Position numbers and translations under genes: made by a program
Notes under the pieces: model-generated
Database searches by the model: none
Told to the model about the DNA's origin: nothing
Seen by the model: the letters and a program-made list of their open reading frames with translations, nothing else
In this document: positions 1 through 8,943 of the stretch, in pieces
How positions within the stretch are numbered: position 1 is the stretch's first letter
Layout of the letters: every line of letters starts with the position of its first letter
Assembly: GCA_963705505.1 (NCBI GenBank)
Contig: CAVPJU010000010.1
Span: 416,001-480,000 of the forward strand
DNA length: 64,000 nucleotides
Reading direction: 5' to 3'
Origin: an uncultured bacterium
Lineage (GTDB): Bacteria > Desulfobacterota_D > UBA1144 > Nemesobacterales > UBA2774

Positions 1-424
1 ATCACAACCCGCTCATGCAGTGATTATTCAGGCTTCGCTACTCATAATTTCCCCCAGATCTCTCCCGATAAATAATCAATGGATTCTTGACGCTAAGTTA
101 TACTCGTGTATCTTAATTATGCCGACTTTGACATTCATTATCATATCGAGTCTTTTGAAACAATGTATCCAGCTCATCGAAATATCAGGCCCGAAGATTC
201 CGGTTCAGTCATCATAGATAATGCTGCGCGGCGGAAGATTTCAACTCCAACATTTTACGAGCATCTCACGGATCGAAAACCGATTCGTAGGAATTAATTT
301 TTTCACGCATACTTTTATCAGCGATTGAGGAAAGGATTGTTTAGGATATGATTATGATAGAACCGTTATACTTTCAAACTAAAGCTGCTAACTTAAAGTG
401 ACCGGACTTACGAGGTGACCGAAT

Positions 425-1078
425 ATGGAGAGTTTAAATTTACTGGAGCTGGTTAAACAGGGCTGGATCGCCACCTACCCTCTTATTCTATGCTCCGTTG
501 TTATGGTAGCTATCCTGGGGGAAAGAATATTCGCTTTCAGCGGAATAGCTTCTTCCACACGAAAGCTCACGAGCCTAATAGTCCCCCCACTGACGAGAGG
601 CGACTTCAATACCGCGCTCTCGGTATGCAATAAACACAGGAAAAGTTTACAGGCAAGACTTTATCATTCCATCCTCGCGGAAGAGACCAGAATAAATCCC
701 ATCGATGTGACAGAGCGTTTGGAAGACAACAGGTACGAGGAGGTCCAGGACCTAAAGCAAAATATCTGGGTACTCGGAACTATAGCCAGCAGCGCCCCGT
801 TTATCGGCCTTTTCGGGACTGTCATGGGTATCATCAAATCCTTCCATAGTATGTCCATAGCCGGAACGGGCGGATTCTCCGTTGTAGCGGGCGGGATTTC
901 GGAAGCGCTCGTCGCAACCGCCGCGGGACTCATCGTGGCTATCATCGCTGTCGTTGCGTACAATTATCTGCAAATTAAAATCGCGGGTATTAACGCAGAG
1001 CTGAAAATCAACCATTCCAAATTCATCCAGGCTTATAAACAGGGGAGTATGAACTACCATGGCGATCGGGAAATTTGA
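425..1078 (+). CDS. exbB: MotA/TolQ/ExbB proton channel protein
   Basis: Family motifs LGTIASSAPFIGLFGTVMGI and GISEALVATAAGLIVAI; three TM segments; first gene of an exbB-exbD-tonB run. Confidence 0.92.
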   Translation: MESLNLLELVKQGWIATYPLILCSVVMVAILGERIFAFSGIASSTRKLTSLIVPPLTRGDFNTALSVCNKHRKSLQARLYHSILAEETRINPIDVTERLEDNRYEEVQDLKQNIWVLGTIASSAPFIGLFGTVMGIIKSFHSMSIAGTGGFSVVAGGISEALVATAAGLIVAIIAVVAYNYLQIKIAGINAELKINHSKFIQAYKQGSMNYHGDREI

Positions 1079-1478
1079 GGAAAAGACGGACGAGGATATC
1101 GTAGCGGAAATTAATATTACGCCGCTCACGGACATATTCCTCGTACTGCTGATTATTTTCATGATCACGAGCTCGGCGCTTATCGAATCCGGCGCGAACA
1201 TAAAACTCCCCGAAGTCTCGAAAACCGAGACGGTATCGAGAAACGTCGTGGTAACCCTCACCACGTCCGGGCAAATATTCATCAACCAGAAAGAGATCAA
1301 CAAGAATGCGTTCGAAGAGGAATTAAAAAAAGCCCTATCCGAAAGCAACACCAAAGTCGTCATACTCGAAGGAGACAAGGACGCGCTTCTCGGCGACGCG
1401 GTCAAACTGATTAGCCAGGCAAAGGATGCCGGAGCCAAAGAGATAGCTATCGCCGCAGAAAAATCGCAGACACCCTGA
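1059..1478 (+). CDS. exbD: Biopolymer transport protein ExbD/TolR
   Basis: EINITPLTDIFLVLLIIFMIT motif, one TM segment, periplasmic domain with GDK..A..G; overlaps exbB. Confidence 0.93.
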   Translation: MAIGKFEEKTDEDIVAEINITPLTDIFLVLLIIFMITSSALIESGANIKLPEVSKTETVSRNVVVTLTTSGQIFINQKEINKNAFEEELKKALSESNTKVVILEGDKDALLGDAVKLISQAKDAGAKEIAIAAEKSQTP

Positions 1479-1494
1479 ACCCGGAGAAAATCGC

Positions 1495-2238
1495 ATGCTC
1501 TCCTCGCGGCTAAAAGCATTCATAATACTGTCACTGATACTACACGCCGCGGGCTTCGGTCTGGTCGCTTTCCTCACACCCGGAGAAGTGGACGAAAAAG
1601 CTCAGCCGCTCACGGTCGGCGTCACCACACAGTATGCCGATCCCGGGAAAGGAAAAGGGAACTCGCTCGCCCCCGCACCAATGAATCAACCCGAGCCTGA
1701 AAAAAAAGAAGTGAAGCCCCCCGAGAAGAAGGCTTTTAAGAGAGTCGTCAGGAAAACGCCGGCTAAGGAACCCGAAAAGAAAGAGATAATAAGCCGGGAT
1801 AATAACCCTGTTAACGAGCAAACGGCAGTGACGAGCGCGATCTCGTCCTCCGCAAACACCGGAGAGACGGACAACGTTTCGCCCGGGGGCACTCAGAAAG
1901 GGAGCGGAATCGGAGACAGGGGTACGGGGCTCGATACAAAGGGTTCCGGCAACGGCACTGAAATCGGCTATCCGAATTATGGACTTAACCCCAAACCTAC
2001 TTATCCCACGATAGCGAAGCGGCACGGGTATGAGGGACTCGTCGTCCTTAACGTTTTCGTCCTTGAGAGCGGAAACGTGGGAAAGATAGAAATACGGAAA
2101 TCTTCCGGATATGACGTGCTCGACAATTCCGCGCTCGATGCAGTAAGGAACTGGGTATTCATTCCGGGAAAGAGGAACGGTCAGGCGATGTCGAGCTGGG
2201 TAGTAGTACCGATAAGGTTCGACCTCACTAACGGTTAA
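1495..2238 (+). CDS. tonB: Energy transducer TonB
   Basis: N-terminal SLILH anchor, Pro/Lys/Glu linker, C-terminal P.YP..A...G.EG.V / SSG...LD..A..AV..W.F.P domain. Confidence 0.93.
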   Translation: MLSSRLKAFIILSLILHAAGFGLVAFLTPGEVDEKAQPLTVGVTTQYADPGKGKGNSLAPAPMNQPEPEKKEVKPPEKKAFKRVVRKTPAKEPEKKEIISRDNNPVNEQTAVTSAISSSANTGETDNVSPGGTQKGSGIGDRGTGLDTKGSGNGTEIGYPNYGLNPKPTYPTIAKRHGYEGLVVLNVFVLESGNVGKIEIRKSSGYDVLDNSALDAVRNWVFIPGKRNGQAMSSWVVVPIRFDLTNG

Positions 2239-2246
2239 GTTCGATA

Positions 2247-2269
2247 TTAGTCCCGAAGGCGGGATTAAC
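2247..2269 (+). terminator. Hairpin after tonB, probable terminator
   Basis: ttagtcccg-aagg-cgggattaa stem-loop just after the stop codon; weak U-tail. Confidence 0.45.
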
Positions 2270-2429
2270 ATGACGAATTAACAGCCGCCGATAAATCTTT
2301 ACTACACCTTACCGAACCAAGCATGCCGCACTCATAATAATTGAGCCGGGATAGTATGACAAATAAATTCCGCTTGATATCGCGAAAACATAACTTACAC
2401 TATTGTTACTAGAGCGTCTGAGCCAATCG

Positions 2430-2828
2430 ATGAAAAGATTTTGCGCTTTAGAAAATCCGCGGGAATTCAGTATTAAACAACCAATAATACTTTTGTTATA
2501 TATCAGCCTTATCGGCGTTATTTCACATTACGCCTTACCCCCCGCGTCCATGGGGGAAATACGGCATCCGAGACCTATACACCTTCATGACAACATCAAT
2601 TACCCGAATTATATGGTAGAGGGAGACAATTTTATCCTCGACGACGAAACCACCAATGACTCCGATACTAAAAAAACGTTTATTCTGTTTCTTACCTTAG
2701 TTGCCAGTCTCATGACATCTTCCGAGCCCGGGTCGAAACGCGGCGCATTAAAAAGCTCGGTAAATTCGTTACATTACGATTCGACATTCGGGTATTCCCA
2801 CTTAAGATCACCTCCGTTGATCAAATAA
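2430..2828 (+). CDS. Candidate RAPP-like (RSPP) arrest/leader peptide with an N-terminal hydrophobic segment
   Basis: ATG at 2430; hydrophobic IILLLYISLIGVISHYAL; His-rich RHPRPIHLHD; C-terminal HLRSPPLIK. Confidence 0.55.
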   Translation: MKRFCALENPREFSIKQPIILLLYISLIGVISHYALPPASMGEIRHPRPIHLHDNINYPNYMVEGDNFILDDETTNDSDTKKTFILFLTLVASLMTSSEPGSKRGALKSSVNSLHYDSTFGYSHLRSPPLIK

Positions 2829-2923
2829 AATTAATCTGGATTCAAACTTCAAACGAGATTGTCTGCGGAGGCTTTATGAGCCTATTTAAGGGTTTTATAC
2901 AAAAAACGGAGGTTTTAACAATC

Positions 2924-3253
2924 ATGAATAGAATAATCACATGTATGTTAGTAGCAGCGATGCTTTCAGTAGGAGCGCTTAATTCATTTGCCGTACAGCA
3001 CCAGCAGGGGCAGCAAGTCGCGGCCGCTGCGGCGACTACGATCACGGGTCAAATTACCAAAATAAGGAGCCATAACTTGACCGTCAAGGACCAGGCGGGG
3101 AAATTCCATGTAATAAATTACAGCAGTTCCTCGATGGTTCAGGGACTTAAGAGCGGCGACGAAGTGACCGTGGCATTCGAGAACGGAAAAGCGACTTCAA
3201 TTAAAAAGGTTGAAGGATACACTCCGGCTGCAAGCAGCAACAAACCCATGTAA
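2924..3253 (+). CDS. Small exported beta-rich protein, probably OB-fold-like (alternative in-frame start at 2876)
   Basis: GGAGG SD at 2908-2912; Sec signal ending SFA; pattern ITGQITKI...LTVK...GLKSGDEVTVAFE. Confidence 0.7.
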   Translation: MNRIITCMLVAAMLSVGALNSFAVQHQQGQQVAAAAATTITGQITKIRSHNLTVKDQAGKFHVINYSSSSMVQGLKSGDEVTVAFENGKATSIKKVEGYTPAASSNKPM

Positions 3254-3264
3254 GTAAACTTTCC

Positions 3265-3296
3265 GGGAGGGGCGGGATTTAAACACCGCCCCTCCC
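3265..3296 (+). terminator. GC-rich hairpin, probable intrinsic terminator
   Basis: gggaggggcgg...ccgcccctccc inverted repeat just after the stop at 3253. Confidence 0.7.
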
Positions 3297-3405
3297 CCCT
3301 CGATTTTCGCATATAAATCCGTAATCACTCGATACATCCAAATGTAATACACTTAAAAACGGTATAATTTCCCGGAGAGACTAAACCAAATAAAGGAGGC
3401 CCGCA

Positions 3406-3736
3406 ATGGCATTCGACGAAAAACTCGCAGGTCGTATAAGGGGGATATTTACGGGAAGGAAAGACGCGAGGGAAAAGAAGATGTTCGGGGGTATCGCTTT
3501 CATGCTGAACGGCAACATGTGCTGCGGTGTCATCAACGACCTGCTGATGGCGAGGGTGGGAGCCGACCGGTACGAAGCCGCCCTGTCTCTAGCCACATAC
3601 GAAACCCATGGACTTCACGGGCAAGCCGATGAAAGGGTATGTCTATGTCGAGCCCGAAGGCTATAAATCAGACGAAGAATTAAAAAGATGGGTCGAAAGA
3701 TGTATGGAGTTTGTCTCGACGCTGCCGGAGAAGTAA
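3406..3736 (+). CDS. TfoX N-terminal-domain family protein (+1 frameshift near 3590, likely sequencing error)
   Basis: EKKMFGG.AFM.NG.M motif; the shifted frame continues KPMDFTGKPMKGYVYV...LPEK to TAA at 3734-3736; AGGAGG SD. Confidence 0.85.
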
Positions 3737-3804
3737 CTGACAAATACCCTATCGATCATACCTATCTATAAAATGATTTTTGAACGGACTCTTGAATTTT
3801 TTCA

Positions 3805-4062
3805 TCACCATACCCTGTATGGCTTACATATACAGACAACATTTAGATCCGGGGTATTTTCGGGCCAGTCCTCTCCCGAGAGCTCGGTGACATCGAGCAC
3901 CTCGTCTCCGTTTCCATACGCTGCGATCCAGATTATTCTATACACACCGTCAACAACGATGTGACGGTCGCAACCCGAGCAACGGAAAACAATAATCTCG
4001 GCTTTCGTTATCCTTCCAAGCGATACTTCATACCAATCAGAGTCAGAGAGAACTGAATCCAC
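3805..4062 (-). CDS. Hypothetical protein or degraded fragment with a CxxC motif
   Basis: 85-aa ORF containing CSGC; start uncertain; no recognised family. Confidence 0.25.
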   Translation of the reverse strand: MDSVLSDSDWYEVSLGRITKAEIIVFRCSGCDRHIVVDGVYRIIWIAAYGNGDEVLDVTELSGEDWPENTPDLNVVCICKPYRVW

Positions 4063-4246
4063 GAATCCTGGATACTTTACAAACTCGCAAACGGCAATCG
4101 GGGCTGCCTTGGGTCATAATAGTCGAGGATTCTGCTGCGCATTTTATCTTTTACCCTTTCTAAAAACTCCGGTTCGGTTATTTCTATCTTTTTTATCGGA
4201 TTCATAGAATTATCGAACCGCAATCGATACAATAAAACCCGTATGA

Positions 4247-4741
4247 TTAAAGGGCTTTCTTAATCAACACCACAACCGGAATTTTTCTTCCCCCTGCCCT
4301 TTTGCGGTATTTTTCATAACCCGAATAAAGCCCGACGGCTTTATTCCAGAGCCTTTCGCGCTCCTGCCCTTCCGCATCCCCCGCAATATACCGTGCGGAT
4401 TTCCCGTCTACGAAGACCTCGACCTCCGGATCGGCGCGGAGGTTCAGATACCACGACGGATGGCTGGGGTTTCCGCCCTTGGACGCTATGAGGACGAGGT
4501 TTTCCCCGTCCCGCACAAAAACGAGAGGGATCGTCCTCGGCTTCCCCGTCTTCGCCCCCTTTGTCGTCAGGAGGAGGCATGGCCATGCAAACGTCGTGTT
4601 GTACTTCCCGCCAGTCGCCCGGATAAGCCGGTTATCGACATGCGAGCCCAGGTTGATAATCGCCCAGGCCCCCGCCCTCGTGGAGCCGAACCATGCCAGG
4701 AATCTCTTGAACGAGCTGTTTTTATCAGACGAGTTTGTCAT
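4247..4741 (-). CDS. Deazaflavin (F420)-dependent nitroreductase family protein (Ddn-like)
   Basis: LLLTTKGAKTGKPRTIPL, LIASKGG....P.WYLNL.A.P.V and R.IPVVVL motifs. Confidence 0.9.
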   Translation of the reverse strand: MTNSSDKNSSFKRFLAWFGSTRAGAWAIINLGSHVDNRLIRATGGKYNTTFAWPCLLLTTKGAKTGKPRTIPLVFVRDGENLVLIASKGGNPSHPSWYLNLRADPEVEVFVDGKSARYIAGDAEGQERERLWNKAVGLYSGYEKYRKRAGGRKIPVVVLIKKAL

Positions 4742-4866
4742 TTGTGCCGGGTATTTAATTTATACTACACTGAACATTTAATAAACAGGAAGACCCGGAC
4801 ACTTAAGCCGAATTTACGGGCGTGAACCGTCTTTAATCCGGGTAGGTTATATTTTTTATTCAAGTT

Positions 4867-5364
4867 ATGAGAATCGGGATCCCGGCTCTTGTTCTCCTTC
4901 TTTTTACAGTCACAGCATGCGCCAATATGGGGCGCTTCAGTCAGGTAATGCACCCGGAAGAGCTGAGTAAGGACGATTTAAAGAAAATGCCTTATGAAAC
5001 AACCCCGAAATACGGGTTCAAGGTAAGCGTGGGAAGAAATCTCCCGGGGCAGGAGGATTTAATACTCCGGAATGTGGACGAACAGTTCTCCGAGTTCAGC
5101 GCGTGTTTCGATATCAGGGACCGCGGAAAGGAAGCGAGGGAATACCTGATAGCCGTCGTAAACGGGACATTCGAATGTGAATACCACAACGGCAGATGCA
5201 ATGGGGAATACGATCCGGAATACCCTCTATTAATAGTAACCTATAAGGCGTTTAACAGGAGAGGTATAATGCCGCTCCTTAAACACGAATGGGCGCATAT
5301 ATACGGTATCTTAAGGAACGACCACCGGAACCTGAAGGAAGTGCAGGAATGCACGAAATACTGA
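4867..5364 (+). CDS. Lipoprotein with a HExxH zincin-like motif
   Basis: Lipobox VTAC; LKHEWAH near the C-terminus. Confidence 0.65.
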   Translation: MRIGIPALVLLLFTVTACANMGRFSQVMHPEELSKDDLKKMPYETTPKYGFKVSVGRNLPGQEDLILRNVDEQFSEFSACFDIRDRGKEAREYLIAVVNGTFECEYHNGRCNGEYDPEYPLLIVTYKAFNRRGIMPLLKHEWAHIYGILRNDHRNLKEVQECTKY

Positions 5365-5411
5365 TTTATATCCCTGCCGGTATGTACCGAATTACAGGTT
5401 AAACAAGATTA

Positions 5412-6047
5412 CTAGTGCGACTCATCGTAACCGGTCGGCTTGCTGTAATCCCCCTTCTCGAACATCTGCGTCGCGGGATCGGTCCTTTCGATGCCCCGTG
5501 CCTTATCGAGCTCGTCATCGACCTTCGCCTGGTTTACGGGCTCATAGGTATATTGGACCTTAACGACGTTATCCTTCTGGTTCGTATGGAAAACCAGCTT
5601 CACATCGGGCATATGCCATGTCCAGCTCTTAAAATAGAGCATGCTGTCCGAGCTGGCCGGTTCGCCGTATTTCCCCGTAAGGTATTTCATTATCTCATTC
5701 TGAAGCTGGGACTCTTCGACAGGGTCTTTGGCGGTCAGGATTAGCGAAGACGAAAGCAGCTTCTTATCATAGAATTCGAGGCCGGTGCTCACGTCCCTGC
5801 CGTCGAGATCGAGGGGGAGCGCAACAATCAGCCCCTGCATCAATATGAATCTTATCTTTTTGGAATCGACATTATTCTCTATTATCCTCTTGCCGTTCGT
5901 GTCGATGATATTCCTGGCGTCTTTGTCCGATATACCGAACGTGAAACCGAGAGGCGCCATGTCCGTGTTCTGTTGGGCGCCCGCATAGACCGGTGTGACA
6001 AAGGCCATGAGCGCCATCAAGACGTATGCTTTCCTTAATATTTTCAT
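5412..6047 (-). CDS. Exported hypothetical protein
   Basis: Sec signal MKILRK...PVYA; long ORF with protein-like composition. Confidence 0.75.
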   Translation of the reverse strand: MKILRKAYVLMALMAFVTPVYAGAQQNTDMAPLGFTFGISDKDARNIIDTNGKRIIENNVDSKKIRFILMQGLIVALPLDLDGRDVSTGLEFYDKKLLSSSLILTAKDPVEESQLQNEIMKYLTGKYGEPASSDSMLYFKSWTWHMPDVKLVFHTNQKDNVVKVQYTYEPVNQAKVDDELDKARGIERTDPATQMFEKGDYSKPTGYDESH

Positions 6048-6331
6048 TACTCGCCCCCCTTTTTGCATTTACCGGCAACCGTAAGTTTCATTATAAAAGT
6101 TATAAGATGACGGGGTTGAAATCAAGTCCTAATTATACCCTGCCCGGATGCTCCGCCCAAACGGAGACCCCGTGCGGGAGACATATTTACCGGCAGCTGC
6201 CCCTTCCCGTCAACACCGATAACGAAGGAGTGCATACAATTTAGCGCGTCGACGGCCGTTTATAAGCCCGGACCGCGGGGACGCTGCATGGTTTGAGTCT
6301 CCCAGAGAAAAGACATATAATCTTGCCGGAT

Positions 6332-6808
6332 ATGGAGACCGTAATAGGAGTCATAGGGGCGGGTGAAGCCACGGAAGAGGAATACCTGACGGCGCTTGAG
6401 GTCGGGAGGGAGATCGCGCGGAGAAAATGCACGCTCTTATGCGGGGGCCTTGGCGGGGTCATGGAGGCCTCTTGTAAGGGCGCGAAATCGGAAGGGGGGC
6501 TGACTGTGGGAATAATCCCTGGGGATCTAAAAGAAGATGCCAATCCCTACGTCGATATCCCGATCGTCACCGGAATGGGACACGGCAGGAACATAATCGT
6601 CGTCCGGTCGAGCGATGCCGTCATTGCAATAGGCGGGAGCTTCGGTACATTATCTGAAATTGCCTTCGCTCTCAGATTGGAAATTCCGGTCATAGGGATA
6701 AAAACTTGGGATGTATCACCCGAAATTAAACAGGCAGCGGATCCCAGAGAGGCAGTGGAAATGGCTATCGGGCTTGCTGTTCCTGGCGCTGCTCGGGGCC
6801 TGCGCTAA
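6332..6808 (+). CDS. TIGR00725-type LOG-family nucleotide-binding protein
   Basis: IGVIG, CGGLGGVMEA..KGA, GMG.GRN and GG.FGTLSE motifs. Confidence 0.9.
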   Translation: METVIGVIGAGEATEEEYLTALEVGREIARRKCTLLCGGLGGVMEASCKGAKSEGGLTVGIIPGDLKEDANPYVDIPIVTGMGHGRNIIVVRSSDAVIAIGGSFGTLSEIAFALRLEIPVIGIKTWDVSPEIKQAADPREAVEMAIGLAVPGAARGLR

Positions 6809-7427
6809 AACTACGCCGCCCCCCCCCGCTCCGAGAGTGAGTGAAAAAGACATCGAAAGGTGCCTGACGGGGAAATTAACTGTCAAAGAAGGCTACAGGT
6901 ACCACATGATGGAAGAGGGAGAGACTTTATACCGGGTATCAAAAATGTACGGTACGACGGTCGAGGAGCTGATCGAGGTAAATAACATCACCGACTACAC
7001 GGATATCCCCGCAGGGACAATGCTCAAAATCCCGGGCGCCGTAGTTTCCTCAGGGCTCATTTGGCCCCTTCCGGGCAAGATATCCTCTGGCTTCGGAAAG
7101 CGGGGCAGAGGATTCCACTGGGGGATAGACATACCGGCGCCCAAAGGCACACCGATAAGAGCGGCAGCCGACGGGCTTGTTCTCGTAAGCGCAGACAGCT
7201 TCAGGGGATTTTCCGGATACGGAAGGATAGTTATAATAGAGCACGGCGGGGGGATAAGCACCCTCTATGCACACAACAGCAAGAACGACGTACAAGCCGG
7301 CACCTGTATCAGATCCGGCGAGGTGATAGGAGAGGTCGGAGCCACCGGAAACGCCACGGGCAGCCATCTCCACTTCGAAATAAGAAAGAACGGCAAGCCT
7401 GTAAACCCGATCAATTACCTGCCGTAA
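6711..7427 (+). CDS. LysM + M23 metallopeptidase lipoprotein (NlpD-like)
   Basis: Lipobox LGAC; LysM (GETLYRVS..YG); M23 motifs HWGID, YAHN, HLHFE. Confidence 0.9.
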   Translation: MYHPKLNRQRIPERQWKWLSGLLFLALLGACAKTTPPPPAPRVSEKDIERCLTGKLTVKEGYRYHMMEEGETLYRVSKMYGTTVEELIEVNNITDYTDIPAGTMLKIPGAVVSSGLIWPLPGKISSGFGKRGRGFHWGIDIPAPKGTPIRAAADGLVLVSADSFRGFSGYGRIVIIEHGGGISTLYAHNSKNDVQAGTCIRSGEVIGEVGATGNATGSHLHFEIRKNGKPVNPINYLP

Positions 7428-7446
7428 GACGAAAGGAGAACAGTAA

Positions 7447-7968
7447 ATGATGGATTTCAAGCACTACATACGGGACATACCGGATTTCCCGAAAGATGGG
7501 ATTATATTCCACGACATCACGCCCCTGCTTCAGAACGCGAAGGCATTCGAGAACGCAATCGAAAGTATGGCGGATATGCTCGGCGGTAAGAAAATCGACT
7601 ACCTAGTGGGCATAGAATCGCGGGGGTTCATATTCGCATCGGCCCTCGCTATTAAGCTCCGTACGGGGCTCGTCATCGTCAGGAAACCCGGGAAGCTCCC
7701 ATACGTAACGATAAACGCCTCCTACGACCTCGAATACGGGTCGGACTCGCTCGAGGTTCACAGGGACGCCATACACGACAAGAGCAGGGTCGTATTGATA
7801 GACGACCTCCTGGCGACAGGCGGAACGGCCAAAGCGGCGGGCGATCTCGTGGAGAGGCTGGGAGGTGAGATCGCGGGGTACTGTTTTCTCGTCGAGCTTA
7901 CGGAGCTCCACGGCGTGAAAAAACTTTCACCCCATCCCGTGTGGTCGCTGATCAAATATCCGGTATGA
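7447..7968 (+). CDS. apt: Adenine phosphoribosyltransferase
   Basis: IPDFPK.GI.F.DIT, GIESRGF, RKPGKLP, LEYG and VVLIDDLLATGGT. Confidence 0.96.
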   Translation: MMDFKHYIRDIPDFPKDGIIFHDITPLLQNAKAFENAIESMADMLGGKKIDYLVGIESRGFIFASALAIKLRTGLVIVRKPGKLPYVTINASYDLEYGSDSLEVHRDAIHDKSRVVLIDDLLATGGTAKAAGDLVERLGGEIAGYCFLVELTELHGVKKLSPHPVWSLIKYPV

Positions 7969-8939
7969 AACAAATAGGGATCATTCTAAACCCGTCGGCC
8001 AAGATAAACAGCAGGAAGACAGCCGCCGTCATAAAGAAATTGGACGAAATATTCGGCGGAAGGGCACTTCTCCGCGCAACCAGGAACAAGCAGGAGATCC
8101 CGGGAGTGATGAACGAATTCGAGAAAGCAGGCGTGAAGCTCCTCCTCATAAGCGGAGGGGACGGGACTATATGCAACGTACTGAGCACGTATATAAAACT
8201 CTTCGGAGAGGAGAAGCTCCCCGTGATTCTGCCCCTCATGGGCGGTACGATCAATATGATCGGCTCGGACGCCGGACTCAGAAACAACCAGTTCGCAATT
8301 TGCCGGAGATTGAGTGATATCGTAAAGAGGGGGGGACCGGTAAGCGTTATAGAGAGGGGACTGCTTCGGATATACGATTCAAGATCCGAGGGGCCTTATT
8401 ACGGCTTTTCGTGGATAGACGGCTTCCTCCACAGGTTCCTCATCGACTACTACAGACAGGGCGCCGGAATTCAGGTCGCATCCGTCATGACAATCAAAAC
8501 GATATTGACGCTCCTTTCGAACGGGGAGCGTAACCTCTTCAATGATATAGATTCGACCGTTTACGCGGACGGGGAGAAACTCCCCTTCGACGGTCACGTT
8601 TTCATAATCGCATCCAGTCTTAAAAAATTCGTCTTCGGTTTCGATATATTCGCCGAAGAATCGGTACCGGGTGAATCGTTTAATATGGTTTATGTCAGGG
8701 AAAGCTACATAAAGAAGGAGCGCCACAAGCTGCCTCTGGGTCTCTACATGAGCCTCAAATCGGATAAATCCGGAAACTTCGTAAATAAGTCGGTCAGGAC
8801 CCTCAGGGTCGAAAGGAACAGGGGGTATATAATTGACGGAGAAATATTTACAGGCGACGAGCCCGGCGACATAATCATCGAGGCGGGGCCTAAAGTAAGG
8901 ATATTCTCGTTCAGGGGCGAAAAAGAGCTGGAGATATAA
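7965..8939 (+). CDS. Diacylglycerol kinase catalytic-domain family lipid kinase
   Basis: NP.S, SGGDGT, GGT.N and IDGE motifs; ATGA overlap with the apt stop. Confidence 0.82.
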   Translation: MKQIGIILNPSAKINSRKTAAVIKKLDEIFGGRALLRATRNKQEIPGVMNEFEKAGVKLLLISGGDGTICNVLSTYIKLFGEEKLPVILPLMGGTINMIGSDAGLRNNQFAICRRLSDIVKRGGPVSVIERGLLRIYDSRSEGPYYGFSWIDGFLHRFLIDYYRQGAGIQVASVMTIKTILTLLSNGERNLFNDIDSTVYADGEKLPFDGHVFIIASSLKKFVFGFDIFAEESVPGESFNMVYVRESYIKKERHKLPLGLYMSLKSDKSGNFVNKSVRTLRVERNRGYIIDGEIFTGDEPGDIIIEAGPKVRIFSFRGEKELEI

Positions 8940-8943
8940 TATT

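Noticed and set aside
20..297. Short ORFs 20-217 and 106-297 as a second leader peptide before exbB
   Set aside because: No SD, no clear signal peptide and no RxPP motif; the window edge prevents assessment
344..372. Possible Fur box before exbB (gatatgattatgatag)
   Set aside because: Only a partial, non-palindromic match to GATAATGATAATCATTATC
664..2271. Long minus-strand ORFs (664-963, 752-1519, 1540-2271) and similar shadow ORFs throughout the track
   Set aside because: They are antisense or alternate-frame shadows of well-supported genes with no motifs of their own
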